This document shows positions 9,031 through 18,753 of a stretch of DNA of 64,000 bases, one piece after another; positions within the stretch are counted from its first letter, which is position 1, and every line of letters begins with the position of its first letter. Source of the stretch: a virus (Duplodnaviria; Caudoviricetes); the IMG/VR virus record IMGVR_UViG_3300037755_000216, positions 7,017-71,016 of that record. One strand, written 5' to 3'. The notes under the pieces are model-generated. The model was not told the origin of the DNA and did no database searches. It worked only from the letters and a program-made list of their open reading frames with translations. A program made the position numbers and the translations under genes.

Positions 9031-10106
9031 TCTTGCTCCTCACCGGCCAAGGCTTGTGACTCTTCCCAGAAGGTCATCACATCCTCGTTGTTGTCCGGGT
9101 CCATCTTCATCGCCCGCATGGTCGCGATTTGCTCCTTGGAGAGCGACGCGCGGCGGGTGCGCTGACGGGCCGGCGGGGCGCCGCGGTCTTCGTGGGACAT
9201 CACAGGCGCTCGGCGATTGGCGGGCGTGAAGTCACGATCCTCGTCCTCGACGTCATCCTGCGCGTCTCGACCCTTGCCGTTGCCGTTATTGCCGCTGCCA
9301 TTTTTATTGGCTGGCAAGCCTGCGATCTCCAAGGTGGGGAACTTCGCGTGCAGACGCTTGGAGACTTCCTCGAAGTACTCCGGTGTGGCGCGGTCGAACC
9401 CATCCTCCTCGACCTCCTCATCGATGACCAGTGCACCCTGCACCTCGACACGGTAGTCGGGATCATCCCACCAATCGGAATTGGCACGGATCCACTTCTT
9501 CGCTTCCTTGGTGAGCCGTGGGTTTTCCGCAGTCTCCGCAGCTTCGCGACGCTCCTGCTGGAGCGGCTGCGCGCGGGCCTGCAAGGTGCTGACCTTTCCG
9601 GCCTTCATCGCCCAGTACTGGCCTTCCTTCCTCGCGATCACGGCCTGCAGGCGCGCGGCCTCCTTGCTGTCGCCCTTCTCGTTCGCGAGCTCGAGCTGGG
9701 TCTGCAGCGCGGCCATCTCGGTCTCGTGCGCTGCGTCGCTCGTATCCGCTCGGTCGATGTTCAGGCCCGAGACGCGGCCGTTGAGAGCGGCGATCTCGCG
9801 CTGATGTACAGCCTGGATCTCAGCTATCTTCTGGTCGTACTGGCGGGTGATGTTCTTCGCAACGCTGCGGGTGCGGCGCTGGATCTCCCGTGACATGCGC
9901 TGGTTGCGACGCTTGTCGTCAGGGCTTTCCTGACTGTCACCATCCTCCCCTGACAGTGACAGCGCATCCTCGTTCGATTCCCTTACGCGCGAAACGGCTT
10001 TGGACGGATCCTTCTCGTCCAAGTCGATCTCGATTCGCTCGTTCGCCTCATCGCGCGGCGGCGTCCATTTGCGCTGTGCTTGAGGGGATGACTGTGCTTC
10101 TGGCAC
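9027..10106 (-). CDS. Capsid scaffolding protein
   Basis: Highly charged coiled-coil protein, 359 aa, placed between portal and capsid genes. Confidence 0.75.
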   Translation of the reverse strand: MPEAQSSPQAQRKWTPPRDEANERIEIDLDEKDPSKAVSRVRESNEDALSLSGEDGDSQESPDDKRRNQRMSREIQRRTRSVAKNITRQYDQKIAEIQAVHQREIAALNGRVSGLNIDRADTSDAAHETEMAALQTQLELANEKGDSKEAARLQAVIARKEGQYWAMKAGKVSTLQARAQPLQQERREAAETAENPRLTKEAKKWIRANSDWWDDPDYRVEVQGALVIDEEVEEDGFDRATPEYFEEVSKRLHAKFPTLEIAGLPANKNGSGNNGNGKGRDAQDDVEDEDRDFTPANRRAPVMSHEDRGAPPARQRTRRASLSKEQIATMRAMKMDPDNNEDVMTFWEESQALAGEEQD

Positions 10107-10199
10107 GTAGACTCTCGTCGTTTCTCGCCCCGTTGTGGGGCGGCGACGCGGAATCTAGCGTAGTGGATCAATGGGTGAATAGGATGCGGAGGCCGCACC

Positions 10200-10502
10200 C
10201 TAGCGCAGTAAGCGACTGGAATGACTCGCATCGCGTCGCTTCTGCAGCTCGGTAAGCGTCACGGATTGACGTCGTTTTCTGGCGTACCAGTACAGCGGAT
10301 GAACTATCGCTTTCGAAGGGATCTCAGCAATCGGCCAGCGCAGGCAGACCAAGTGCTTACGGTACGCACGAACCTTGTTCTGGCGCATCGACTGAATGCG
10401 GTAAGCTGACCCGCCGGGTGTCTTCAGGTAATGGCCAACGTCAATGGAGGCTGCGCCGTCGTAGTACAGGCGACATTCGCTGTACGCGGGACGGCGCAGC
10501 AT
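10200..10502 (-). CDS. Hypothetical protein
   Basis: 100-aa ORF tightly packed after groES, same strand. Confidence 0.55.
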   Translation of the reverse strand: MLRRPAYSECRLYYDGAASIDVGHYLKTPGGSAYRIQSMRQNKVRAYRKHLVCLRWPIAEIPSKAIVHPLYWYARKRRQSVTLTELQKRRDASHSSRLLR

Positions 10503-10504
10503 GG

Positions 10505-10951
10505 TCAGTCGTAATAGAACACGAAGTCGCTGGGATCATCCACGTCGCAGATTATGGCGTCATCGTCCAGCAGCAGGAACTTCGCGCGATCGCCATTGGG
10601 TTCCTTCAGCACCAGGTTCATGCCCGTGTGGCGTTTGTACATGACGAAGCGGCCAATCAGGTCCGCCGGCTTTTCGATCTCGTGGGAGAACCGGCGCATG
10701 TCCAGTCCGCCCTTGGTGCTGTTCTGGTAGGCCAGCGGTCCCACCTGCAGCACCTGGCCTATCGTGATGTTGATCTCCTCGATCGTCTGCGCGGACTCGG
10801 GGATCTCAATCAGCCCACCCCTGGACTTGGCCTTCGGCTTCAGCGGCTCGATCAGCACGTACCACAGGTGTGCGCGCAGCAACTGACGCGACTTGAGGCG
10901 CTCTGCGGCGCTGATGTCTTCGGGAAACGGGGCCACTGCGGCTTTACTCAT
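10505..10951 (-). CDS. groES: GroES/Cpn10-like co-chaperonin
   Basis: VLIEPL...KSRGGLIEIP...GQVLQVGPLAY...VMYKRHTG...FLLLDDDAI matches the Cpn10 pattern. Confidence 0.85.
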   Translation of the reverse strand: MSKAAVAPFPEDISAAERLKSRQLLRAHLWYVLIEPLKPKAKSRGGLIEIPESAQTIEEINITIGQVLQVGPLAYQNSTKGGLDMRRFSHEIEKPADLIGRFVMYKRHTGMNLVLKEPNGDRAKFLLLDDDAIICDVDDPSDFVFYYD

Positions 10952-11135
10952 CGTCTTTGGTCTCCGGTTGTTTCAGGTGGTCATCGATTTGGCCGATCAG
11001 GTAATCCAACTCGCGCTCGACGCCGACGCAGATCAGGTAATCACGCTGGTCAAGCGCCTTGGCATAGCGGTTGCGAACTTCCTCGCGGCGTGCAGCCAGA
11101 TCCTTCTTCAGCTTGGCGAGGGCAGGGTGATACAT
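10944..11135 (-). CDS. Small helical head-module protein
   Basis: Start moved to ATG 11135 (MYHPALAKLK), TGATG-coupled to the upstream small ORF. Confidence 0.6.
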   Translation of the reverse strand: MYHPALAKLKKDLAARREEVRNRYAKALDQRDYLICVGVERELDYLIGQIDDHLKQPETKDDE

Positions 11136-11275
11136 CAGCGAATGCAGGGCTGCGGATTGTCCACGCATTGCTCTGCGGTGCGCCCGCACTGCACACACAC
11201 GTCAGACTTAAAACCGAAGTGATGGCCGTAGGCATCGTCCAGGGGCATCTGCTTCATCGCTACTGAATCAGTCAT
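11135..11275 (-). CDS. 46-aa His/Cys peptide (absent from the ORF track)
   Basis: MTDSVAMKQMPLDDAYGHHFGFKSDVCVQCGRTAEQCVDNPQPCIR; overlaps both neighbours at start and stop. Confidence 0.5.
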   Translation of the reverse strand: MTDSVAMKQMPLDDAYGHHFGFKSDVCVQCGRTAEQCVDNPQPCIR

Positions 11276-11492
11276 AGGCGTGCCCGACGGTGTTCTTGCA
11301 GTGATCCGAAGGCGTGCTGGCGCCGGACTCCATCGTGTTCTTCGTCATGGGGTCCGCATCGGAGCCACTGCCCAGCATGCCCTTCATCGAAGGCTCGGCG
11401 CCGCTCACATCGTCATCGCGGTCAGTGCGCACCTTGCGGGCCGGACCATCGCCCATGCCGGGTTCGTACATCTTGCCGGATCGCTTCATCAT
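11268..11492 (-). CDS. Small low-complexity hypothetical protein
   Basis: MMKRSGKMYEPG start, GGGAG SD 8 nt upstream. Confidence 0.6.
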   Translation of the reverse strand: MMKRSGKMYEPGMGDGPARKVRTDRDDDVSGAEPSMKGMLGSGSDADPMTKNTMESGASTPSDHCKNTVGHAYD

Positions 11493-11857
11493 GATCGCTG
11501 CTCCCGTAGTTGCAATTTCATCACCGAAATAACATCGGCGACATCTACCACACAATCGTATAGCCGCGGTGGTGTTGCCTGCAGGTCTCCCAGCAGCTTC
11601 GCCGATTCAATTCGAAAGCCTACGCTGAACGGTAGGTACGTAAAGCCGTCAAGCGCTTCGAGCAGGCCACCACAATAGCGCTCTCTAACCGTGAATCTGT
11701 ACCGAGATAAATAGGTCGCATTGTCATCTGCTAACTTATTCCGCAGAGCTGCAGCTGCTTTCTGAGAATCAGATGTGTCTTCTTCATACGCAGGTTTCTG
11801 CGCAAGCCTATCCCACAAGGAACTCGCGGGCGGCTGGTATGTATGATTACTTGCCAC
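11489..11857 (-). CDS. Hypothetical protein (lower GC)
   Basis: 122-aa ORF filling the gap with coupled stop/start; start codon uncertain. Confidence 0.45.
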   Translation of the reverse strand: MASNHTYQPPASSLWDRLAQKPAYEEDTSDSQKAAAALRNKLADDNATYLSRYRFTVRERYCGGLLEALDGFTYLPFSVGFRIESAKLLGDLQATPPRLYDCVVDVADVISVMKLQLREQRS

Positions 11858-12074
11858 TTTTCACCGCCTCCAGGATGGCCCCTTCCCGACGCTGGCTCGC
11901 GCCCTGCCCGCCGGATTGTAGGCGCGCGATCAGGGATAGCAACTCACGAAACCCCACGCCCATTTCCTTCGCAGCTGCAGCGAATCGACGCGGCGGGATG
12001 TCCTTGCTGCCAGCCTTGGCGTGGCCTCGAAGGTAGGCGCGAGCTTGACGCAGTTCAGCGGCTGAGGTGCTCAC
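11847..12074 (-). CDS. Conserved small phage protein
   Basis: 75 aa, ELRQARAYLR...IPPRRFAAAAKE...GGQG; ATGA coupling. Confidence 0.65.
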   Translation of the reverse strand: MSTSAAELRQARAYLRGHAKAGSKDIPPRRFAAAAKEMGVGFRELLSLIARLQSGGQGASQRREGAILEAVKSGK

Positions 12075-12421
12075 TGGTTTGGATCTTTCGATGAGAAGTT
12101 GTGGCGATAGTCCAGATGCTTCTGCTCCATCTCAGCGCGGCTCATGGGTCCGATCCAATGTTTCTTTCCGCCTTGGTAAGCACCCCACCAACCAATTTCC
12201 AATTTGTTCCTCATCGTCCTGATGATGGTGGCCAGCAACGACAGGTAGATCACGTTCACGTTCGAATCGAGCCCATAAGGATTCGGGCCAAGATGCTGGC
12301 GCACATGGCTGTGCATCGCGCTTACCGCCAGTTCCTCGATCACTCTCCTATGATCGTTTTCAATGCCGACAACGCTGCCATGGTCTCGGATGTAGACCTC
12401 GCAGTACTCGGTGACTGTCAC
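12071..12421 (-). CDS. Hypothetical protein
   Basis: 116 aa, 4-nt overlaps at both ends. Confidence 0.6.
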   Translation of the reverse strand: MTVTEYCEVYIRDHGSVVGIENDHRRVIEELAVSAMHSHVRQHLGPNPYGLDSNVNVIYLSLLATIIRTMRNKLEIGWWGAYQGGKKHWIGPMSRAEMEQKHLDYRHNFSSKDPNQ

Positions 12422-12627
12422 GCCGCATCCCCTCCGCGCTTGCCGATGAAGGATACCGGAGCACGCAGCCGATTCGCGCTCACTGGCCGCGATTTCGCCT
12501 CACCGTCGTGCGTCACCATGTACAGCCCGCGCTCAGGCCCGCGATCCACGACACCGCGAAAGAGGTGATCGCCAGTCATCGACTGAAACTCGACTCGATC
12601 ACCGGGGCTGAAGATGCGCTCTCTCAC
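12418..12627 (-). CDS. Hypothetical SH3/Tudor-like small protein
   Basis: FSPGDRVEF...GVV...LYMVTHDG pattern; coupled overlaps. Confidence 0.55.
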   Translation of the reverse strand: MRERIFSPGDRVEFQSMTGDHLFRGVVDRGPERGLYMVTHDGEAKSRPVSANRLRAPVSFIGKRGGDAA

Positions 12628-12860
12628 AGCGCTTCCAACTCAGCGCGAGCCTTTGCTAACTGCGGCTCTATGTGCGCAGCCAATTCAGCACGCCATCGGG
12701 CTTGCATGTCTTTCGGAATCAGATCAACGAAATCCTCGAATAGCACCACGAAGTCTCGCGGTTCAACGATGCGCGAGCCACTCACAGCCTCTAACCGAGA
12801 TTCAAGCGCTTCAACTCGGCGTATGAGGTCAGGACCACGCTTTACTTGTTCCGGTGTCAT
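12624..12860 (-). CDS. Hypothetical protein
   Basis: 78 aa, coupled overlaps. Confidence 0.6.
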   Translation of the reverse strand: MTPEQVKRGPDLIRRVEALESRLEAVSGSRIVEPRDFVVLFEDFVDLIPKDMQARWRAELAAHIEPQLAKARAELEAL

Positions 12861-13294
12861 GTGAATCTCTCGATGCGCTCGCCCAACACATCGGAATACG
12901 CAGCCATGAGCGCGAGTTGGCGCAGCAACAGTGGTTGCTCATCGTATGGCAAGCCTGCGAATACTTTGCCATCTTTCACAAAGGCGCGAAGCTTCTCAGT
13001 CTTCACGTCCAGTTCGGACTTCTCATCGACGACACGCTGCTGATGTGGCTCGATCACTTCTTCCTTCTTCGCGCTCCCGTTCGGCAGCGGCAATGCCAGA
13101 TAGGTCGTTGAACCGCATGATTGCTTCTCACACCACGCGAACTGTGTCTTGCGCCCATGAAGATCGACCTTCGTGTGCGCATCGACGCGTGTGCAGTATT
13201 CACCATCGCAGAAGTTGGCGCACTGCACGCCGGTGCGAACGACGTCACCACCACCATACAAACCCTGCTTCTGATGATCTTCGTGGCTGATCAC
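12857..13294 (-). CDS. Cys-rich domain fused to a crAss001_48-like domain
   Basis: C-terminal PHQQRVVDEKSELDVKTEKLRAF...LLLRQLALMAAYSDVLGERI recalled as crAss001_48-related; N-terminal Cys pairs. Confidence 0.6.
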   Translation of the reverse strand: MISHEDHQKQGLYGGGDVVRTGVQCANFCDGEYCTRVDAHTKVDLHGRKTQFAWCEKQSCGSTTYLALPLPNGSAKKEEVIEPHQQRVVDEKSELDVKTEKLRAFVKDGKVFAGLPYDEQPLLLRQLALMAAYSDVLGERIERFT

Positions 13295-15936
13295 TTGTCT
13301 TTCCCGTTGCCCTTCTTCTTGGCCGCTGCCTTCGCCGCTTCTGCTTTCTGCTTGGCGCCGTCCGCGGTGAGCTTGTTCTTCAGCTCACCCTGCGATACCG
13401 CGATCCGATCCTTGGTGTCCGCCTGCGCGCGCGTTATCTCATCCTGCGCCTTGTCCTTCGCCCCTTGGCGGATGATGTCGGCTGCCGCACGCTGATCTTC
13501 TGTCATCATAGCACGGTCGTGCAGTTCGTCATCCCGCTGCAACTGGCGGGCATGCGTCTCAGCCTTGCGGGCCTCATCAGCTTCGAACGCGGCCGTCTTG
13601 CGCTCGATGTCGGCGCCGGCCGCGGCATCCTTGCGCTCGATCTCAGCGGCTGCCTCATCAGGCCCGGCTTCAGCCTCCGGTGGCGGGGGAGGGGGTGGCA
13701 GCGCCAGAACCACAGCCGCCGTGATCATGGCCTCAGTTTCAGCGTCCAATTCAGGCGGCAGCCCATCCGGCCCCAGCGGCGGCATCTCAATTCCCGCAGC
13801 CTGAGCGACCATCTGCCGGTACGCCAGCGCCTGGTGCTCGCGCTGGTGCGCTAGCGAGACCATGGCGTACTGCTCGAAGGACTTGGGGTCCATGCTCGAC
13901 TGAGCCCACGCCAGCCCGTTCTGGTGCACCGCAAGATGGGCCGTGTGGTCCTGGGTCTCATACGCCCGAACCCCCTTGCCCACCAGCATCAGGCCATTCT
14001 CAGCCACCGGGTCGATGTACTTGGGTGCCTCGACCTCAGGCCCGATCTCATCGATGTCCGGCACGCGGGCTGCCTCGAAGATGCGCCGGCAGCCAGCCGC
14101 GCGCTTGGCGGGGGGGAATAGATCCGGGTTCGCGGCCTGGACCTCGAGCACCAGCTGGCCCGTGGCGAGCCGCTGGGTGGAGCTGGAGATGTTCGGGTTC
14201 GTCACCGGGATGATGTCCACCCGGCCGTCGAAGTCCTCCTTGAGCAGAAACCGTTCCTCATCGTCGGTCTCATAGTCGTACCGGTTCGGCATGACGTCGT
14301 AGACCATCTCAGCCCACGCCTTGAGCTCCTGGCCAAGGGAGATGTGCAGCCGCTTGTGGATCGCATTGGGGATGCGCTGGCTCTCCTCGATCAGCGCGAT
14401 CGTCGTGCCCACCGGCCCGCGGTTATCCGCATCCCCCACCGCCGCCTGGGTCGTGGACATGAACCGCTGGCCGGATTCGATCAGCCCGCCCATCAGGTTG
14501 AACAGCGCGGCGGATGGCTCCTTGAACTGCGGGGTGTAGAACGCCTTGGAGATCTCCTCGTAGGTAGCGTTGACGTCTTTCCATACGCCATGGGAGATCG
14601 AACATTCCCCGGCAATTCCAGCGTCCCTTCCCTCCTTAGTGCGGAATCCGCCTTGAAATGTGGCAGCGTAGGAAGCGTCCAGCAACGCGTTCACTGAACC
14701 GGATACAGCGCGCAGCAGCGAGCCAATGACATGCAGGTATCCCCATCCATAAAAGCCCAATCCCTGCAGGAACTTGTGATGCGCGAACCAGATGCGCTTG
14801 CGGAACTTCTTGTCGCTCTTCTTCCAGTTGCGCCGGACCATTGTCACTTTCTGGGAGTCGCGCTCCACGCAGATGATGTACGGCGCCACGCGGGCTTCAG
14901 CTTTGGGCTGGTGTGAGTACTTCACGCGCAGGTTGACGTGGTACTCGTAGATCGTGTGGATCCAGTCATCCTCGTGCTTGGAGACGGTCCGACCGTCCGA
15001 CTTGTCTTCGGTCTTGGGATTCTCGGTATCGTAGATCGATGGCTCCCCCAGATCGGTCTCGCGCCACAGACCCAGATCCACCGCCTGGTCGATGTCCTGC
15101 GCCATCATGGTGTAGACGTGGCAGTACCTGGAGAGCTTCTTGAGCGTGGAGCCGCTGTATGGAGCGATGAAGTTGCTGGCCTTGACGTAGCGCAGCTCGG
15201 GGATACCAGTGGTCCAGTCCAGTCCAACCTTCCTGAAGGCACTGCCGAACAGCGGCAGGTACTTCAGCATCTGGTCGGTGTCGTTGAAGTAGCCGTCATC
15301 GACCTCGGTGAAGTAGTAATTGCCGAAGGTCTCTATCCGATGTGACTGGGCGACGCGCTCCTTGGTCTGCTTGCCGATGATTTTGGTCTTTACCGGGCCG
15401 GCATCGGGGAAGACTTCCACGATCGCGCGGCTGGCGAATTGCTCCACGGCTTCGGCCAGCAGCGGGTGGACCACCTTGTGGATGCCAGGGAACTCATCCT
15501 CGTCCCCGGATGGGATCTTCACTATCCCCATCATCTCCATGGCGCGCTTCTCGGTGCGCTCCCAATCTTCCCGGCTGGCCTTGTCTGCGTCGTGATACTC
15601 GATCAGGCGCTGGGCAAGAGCTGTCAACTCACTCTCATCCATCAAATCGGCCAAGTTCTCGTCGTGGTCGCCGGTCTTGGGTATCCGTGGCTTAGCGTTC
15701 ATCCCCTCGATAACGATCTCGCCGTTCTCGCGGGTGATCTTGTGGCCCTTGTATTCGGACTCACGAGGGGCGCCGGGCCGCTCGATCTGGTCGACCATGT
15801 CGGATCGGTACACGTTTTTCCCCACGCTGGATACTGGTGGGGCTGGAGTGTAGCGCCAGGGTGAGGCGAGAGGCGAATGAGAGGTTGCTGGCGCGACCTT
15901 CGCTTCGGTTGTCGCCGGGTCGAACGGCGATGCCAC
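13291..15936 (-). CDS. Portal protein
   Basis: 881 aa after terL; HPLLAEAVEQF, WFAHHKFLQGLGFYGWG, PVGTTIALIE, PVTNPN motifs of podoviral portals; GTG start with GAGG SD. Confidence 0.9.
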   Translation of the reverse strand: MASPFDPATTEAKVAPATSHSPLASPWRYTPAPPVSSVGKNVYRSDMVDQIERPGAPRESEYKGHKITRENGEIVIEGMNAKPRIPKTGDHDENLADLMDESELTALAQRLIEYHDADKASREDWERTEKRAMEMMGIVKIPSGDEDEFPGIHKVVHPLLAEAVEQFASRAIVEVFPDAGPVKTKIIGKQTKERVAQSHRIETFGNYYFTEVDDGYFNDTDQMLKYLPLFGSAFRKVGLDWTTGIPELRYVKASNFIAPYSGSTLKKLSRYCHVYTMMAQDIDQAVDLGLWRETDLGEPSIYDTENPKTEDKSDGRTVSKHEDDWIHTIYEYHVNLRVKYSHQPKAEARVAPYIICVERDSQKVTMVRRNWKKSDKKFRKRIWFAHHKFLQGLGFYGWGYLHVIGSLLRAVSGSVNALLDASYAATFQGGFRTKEGRDAGIAGECSISHGVWKDVNATYEEISKAFYTPQFKEPSAALFNLMGGLIESGQRFMSTTQAAVGDADNRGPVGTTIALIEESQRIPNAIHKRLHISLGQELKAWAEMVYDVMPNRYDYETDDEERFLLKEDFDGRVDIIPVTNPNISSSTQRLATGQLVLEVQAANPDLFPPAKRAAGCRRIFEAARVPDIDEIGPEVEAPKYIDPVAENGLMLVGKGVRAYETQDHTAHLAVHQNGLAWAQSSMDPKSFEQYAMVSLAHQREHQALAYRQMVAQAAGIEMPPLGPDGLPPELDAETEAMITAAVVLALPPPPPPPEAEAGPDEAAAEIERKDAAAGADIERKTAAFEADEARKAETHARQLQRDDELHDRAMMTEDQRAAADIIRQGAKDKAQDEITRAQADTKDRIAVSQGELKNKLTADGAKQKAEAAKAAAKKKGNGKDK

Positions 15937-16129
15937 TCAAACCTCAAGCCATCGGATGTCTAGCCACCCGGCAGCCTCTCTGCAGAGATAGCAGCAGGTC
16001 CGCTAAGACCTGCCAGCCGCGCCAGCGTGACGATCATACAAGATTGATGGAGCGGGCAGCGAGAGTCGCGCGTGCGCGAGTTCTCATCCTCGGCCTTCAT
16101 CGACGTCAGGTCGCTGTTTTGATTGGAGC

Positions 16130-16366
16130 TCATACGGCGTGCCACGGCAGTGCGTTCTCGGCCAAGTAATACACGGCCCGCACGCGCCCGAGTAACTGGC
16201 TGACCCGCTCTCCTGACAGTTCCTTGGCGCGCGCCAATTCCAGCAACGCCTCGTCCATGATCTGACTGCGATGCGCGCGCTGCTGGGTGATCCAACCGAC
16301 TCTGGCGATCTCGATCAAGCGTTGATCAGGCTGCGGCGTTATTTCTCCTGGAAGTTCCCCGTACAT
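16130..16366 (-). CDS. Hypothetical protein
   Basis: 78 aa with SD GGAG upstream. Confidence 0.55.
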   Translation of the reverse strand: MYGELPGEITPQPDQRLIEIARVGWITQQRAHRSQIMDEALLELARAKELSGERVSQLLGRVRAVYYLAENALPWHAV

Positions 16367-16375
16367 GACTTGCTC

Positions 16376-16744
16376 CTACAGTCGGCCGTTGTCGATGACG
16401 CATTTGCCAGCGCGTCCCTGCAATTGTTCCCACGCCTGCTGCTGACTCTCATCTCGCAGATCAATCCCCGCTGGAGGCCTGTGGATAGAGTTGTTCGGCA
16501 TCACCTCGGACCACGTCTCGCGACACAATCTTCTGACACCGCTCGCGCCGATCCTCCAAAGCGACTTGATCCATTTCCCGCCACCACACGGGGGCAGAAA
16601 CCTCTGTCCCGTTGATTCGGTAAGCCATGACACCCTCCGCCGTCGTTGTTGTAACTGACGCCATATCGATCGCCACAGCCGGTATATCACTGCTACCAGA
16701 ATCAGCAAGCATCCCCACGCCAATATCAGAGCGGCCCAAATCAT
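16376..16744 (-). CDS. Hypothetical membrane protein (overlapping alternative ORF 16461-16628 possible)
   Basis: MIWAALILAWGCLLILVAVIYRLWR transmembrane segment with basic tail, ATGA-coupled; internal frame ambiguous. Confidence 0.35.
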   Translation of the reverse strand: MIWAALILAWGCLLILVAVIYRLWRSIWRQLQQRRRRVSWLTESTGQRFLPPCGGGKWIKSLWRIGASGVRRLCRETWSEVMPNNSIHRPPAGIDLRDESQQQAWEQLQGRAGKCVIDNGRL

Positions 16745-16944
16745 CTGGTGAGCGCCAGTGACGCTATGACACCCAAGCAGATCATCATGACTGCGGAGAA
16801 TGAGTAAACGCCAACCATGATCCATGTGTCGTAGCGATCGAGGAAGTCGCCGACCTCGTCGTTCGCGATACTGCGCATCCCAAGCAGCCAGGATACGGCC
16901 AAGCACACTGCGGAAATGATCAACATGATGCAGGCGATTTTCAC
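16741..16944 (-). CDS. Small two-TM membrane protein
   Basis: Two hydrophobic segments; coupled overlaps. Confidence 0.6.
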   Translation of the reverse strand: MKIACIMLIISAVCLAVSWLLGMRSIANDEVGDFLDRYDTWIMVGVYSFSAVMMICLGVIASLALTR

Positions 16945-17204
16945 CGGTCACATCGACCGCAAACGCCGTCGATCTTTCGGTTGCCGCACACGCACACTGC
17001 CGTCATTACGGCCTTGTCGGCAGCGCGCTTCTCATGTTTCGCCAGCGCCGCGCGTAGCGAAGTAACCTCACCAGCCTGCGTGTTGATATTCGCCGCCAGC
17101 ACCATACATGCGCAGATAGAGCAATCAGACGCGTTGCAGTGCGTGCCCTCACCGTGCCGACGCCGCAACGTGTGAGCCACTTCTAGGGCGCGTTCGAGCC
17201 TCAT
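16941..17204 (-). CDS. Cys-rich hypothetical protein
   Basis: Start moved to ATG 17204 (ATGA overlap); CxxxxCxxC and CxC...CGRC motifs. Confidence 0.55.
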   Translation of the reverse strand: MRLERALEVAHTLRRRHGEGTHCNASDCSICACMVLAANINTQAGEVTSLRAALAKHEKRAADKAVMTAVCVCGNRKIDGVCGRCDR

Positions 17205-17419
17205 TCTGTCACCACCGGCACGTCGCGCCATTCCTCGCGAACACCTGTTGGCACTGGCCAGTTGGCGCCAGATCCATGGGGATGCTCTTCGTACTCCATG
17301 ATCTTCCATTTCTGCTGCAGAACCTGTGTCTCGAATGTGTTGATGCCGCTAGCGCTATTGGCATAATGGCGTGATCTCTTCAGCCACCGCACTTGCGGCA
17401 TGCATTCTTCAGTGTTCAT
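17201..17419 (-). CDS. Hypothetical protein
   Basis: 72 aa; VLQQKW...EEWRDVP motif common in small phage proteins. Confidence 0.6.
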   Translation of the reverse strand: MNTEECMPQVRWLKRSRHYANSASGINTFETQVLQQKWKIMEYEEHPHGSGANWPVPTGVREEWRDVPVVTE

Positions 17420-17666
17420 AGGTCACGCATAGAGACTTCAGAAATCCTGCAAGGCTTTGCGCCATGTCCAGATAGTCATCCGGCCCCTGGCGCGTGTATC
17501 GCATGTGCCCCATGGCTTCGTAGAGTTGGTGCGCATTCAGTGAGGCTGTACTGATTCCGTTTTCCACGCACCAATCCAAAACAAGTTGGGCGCGGCCAAC
17601 GCCATCGAACTGCGTCCAGCGCTCTATGTCATGGTTGATCTTTTGCGCCTGTTCGACGGTGCTCAT
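17409..17666 (-). CDS. Hypothetical protein
   Basis: Start moved to ATG 17666 (MSTVEQAQK), coupled to the upstream stop. Confidence 0.55.
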   Translation of the reverse strand: MSTVEQAQKINHDIERWTQFDGVGRAQLVLDWCVENGISTASLNAHQLYEAMGHMRYTRQGPDDYLDMAQSLAGFLKSLCVTYEH

Positions 17667-17863
17667 AGCCACACCAGCACAGCAACTGCGGCGGTGACCG
17701 CAAGAGCCACTACGTACCACACGAACCATGCAGCACCTCGCCCAATGAGGCGTGGCTCTGGCTTGACTGGTTCTGGCATCTTGATCGAGCCGTCCTTCAA
17801 TCCCTGCGCATGGGACTCGCGCAGCTTGCGGCGGACGGCTTGCTCGAGGATTGGATTGGCCAT
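17663..17863 (-). CDS. Small protein with C-terminal TM helix
   Basis: MANPILEQ...AAWFVWYVVALAVTAAVAVLVWL. Confidence 0.6.
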   Translation of the reverse strand: MANPILEQAVRRKLRESHAQGLKDGSIKMPEPVKPEPRLIGRGAAWFVWYVVALAVTAAVAVLVWL

Positions 17864-17865
17864 GA

Positions 17866-18747
17866 TCAAAGCCCCCACTTACGCCGGCAGATCGGTCCGA
17901 TGCCAAGCGCGACAGATTCCGCATTCTCCAACTCACGACCGCAGCACGAGCACGATCCAGTTTGCCTGCCATGCATCACAGCCGCACCGAGCGGATCGGC
18001 GCCAACACGCGTCACCTCGGCCTTGTCATCGGCATTGCAATCGCGTCCAGCAAAGAACCCGCCAGCAGCGGTGATCTTGCCGATGTACACCCCATCAGAT
18101 TTCACATACAGGCAGCCAGCATTCGCACTGTCTTCCTTCGCAAGACTAAACACCAACTTGGCCACGTGAAACTTGGGGCGCTTGAGTCCAGATGACTTGG
18201 CCGCCACGAACGCCTTGAGCATCCGGTCGAAACCAGCACCAGCGACATCAACGTCTGGTTTGCGCTCGGCACATGCAACAGCGCGATCCTTATCCTGCTG
18301 TATGAAGCGCTGGACCGCCGCCATGCGTCCATCAGAGAGACTGCCGTACTGCGCAAGATCAGCCTTCATGCTCGCCGCGACGCCGAAGGTAGGCGCCTTG
18401 GCATTGATCCAAGCGACCTCTGCAGAATGCGCCTCGCGCCATGCCAATGCCTCACGCGAGCGTTGAGCTGCGCGTTCCTTGGCGATGCGTGGATCCGTCT
18501 TCTGCTTGCCAGAGCCTTTGCATTGGTTGCAAGGTCCGCAATCGCGATGCGCGTAGGAGATAAAGCGCCCAGAGCCTTTGCACTTGCTGCAAGGGAACCG
18601 AGCGATGGTGGCCACGGACTTAGCCACCCCCATCCCCAGTTGAGCCGCTGGCGCGATCTTGGCCTGCGCGGCAGCAAGCACAGCCGGTCGTTTCAACTCT
18701 GTGTCTAGGTCATCCAGATCATCAAAGTTGACGGGCTGTGCGTTCAT
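17866..18747 (-). CDS. DUF6011-domain zinc-finger protein with DnaJ-type CxxCxGxG repeats
   Basis: CSKCKGSG and CNQCKGSG; C-terminal CSCCGRELENAESVALGIGPIC. Confidence 0.75.
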   Translation of the reverse strand: MNAQPVNFDDLDDLDTELKRPAVLAAAQAKIAPAAQLGMGVAKSVATIARFPCSKCKGSGRFISYAHRDCGPCNQCKGSGKQKTDPRIAKERAAQRSREALAWREAHSAEVAWINAKAPTFGVAASMKADLAQYGSLSDGRMAAVQRFIQQDKDRAVACAERKPDVDVAGAGFDRMLKAFVAAKSSGLKRPKFHVAKLVFSLAKEDSANAGCLYVKSDGVYIGKITAAGGFFAGRDCNADDKAEVTRVGADPLGAAVMHGRQTGSCSCCGRELENAESVALGIGPICRRKWGL

Positions 18748-18753
18748 GGCCGA

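Noticed and set aside
7114-16169. Numerous long plus-strand ORFs (e.g. 9129-9893, 10418-11266)
   Set aside because: They overlap well-supported minus-strand head genes; typical high-GC shadow frames.
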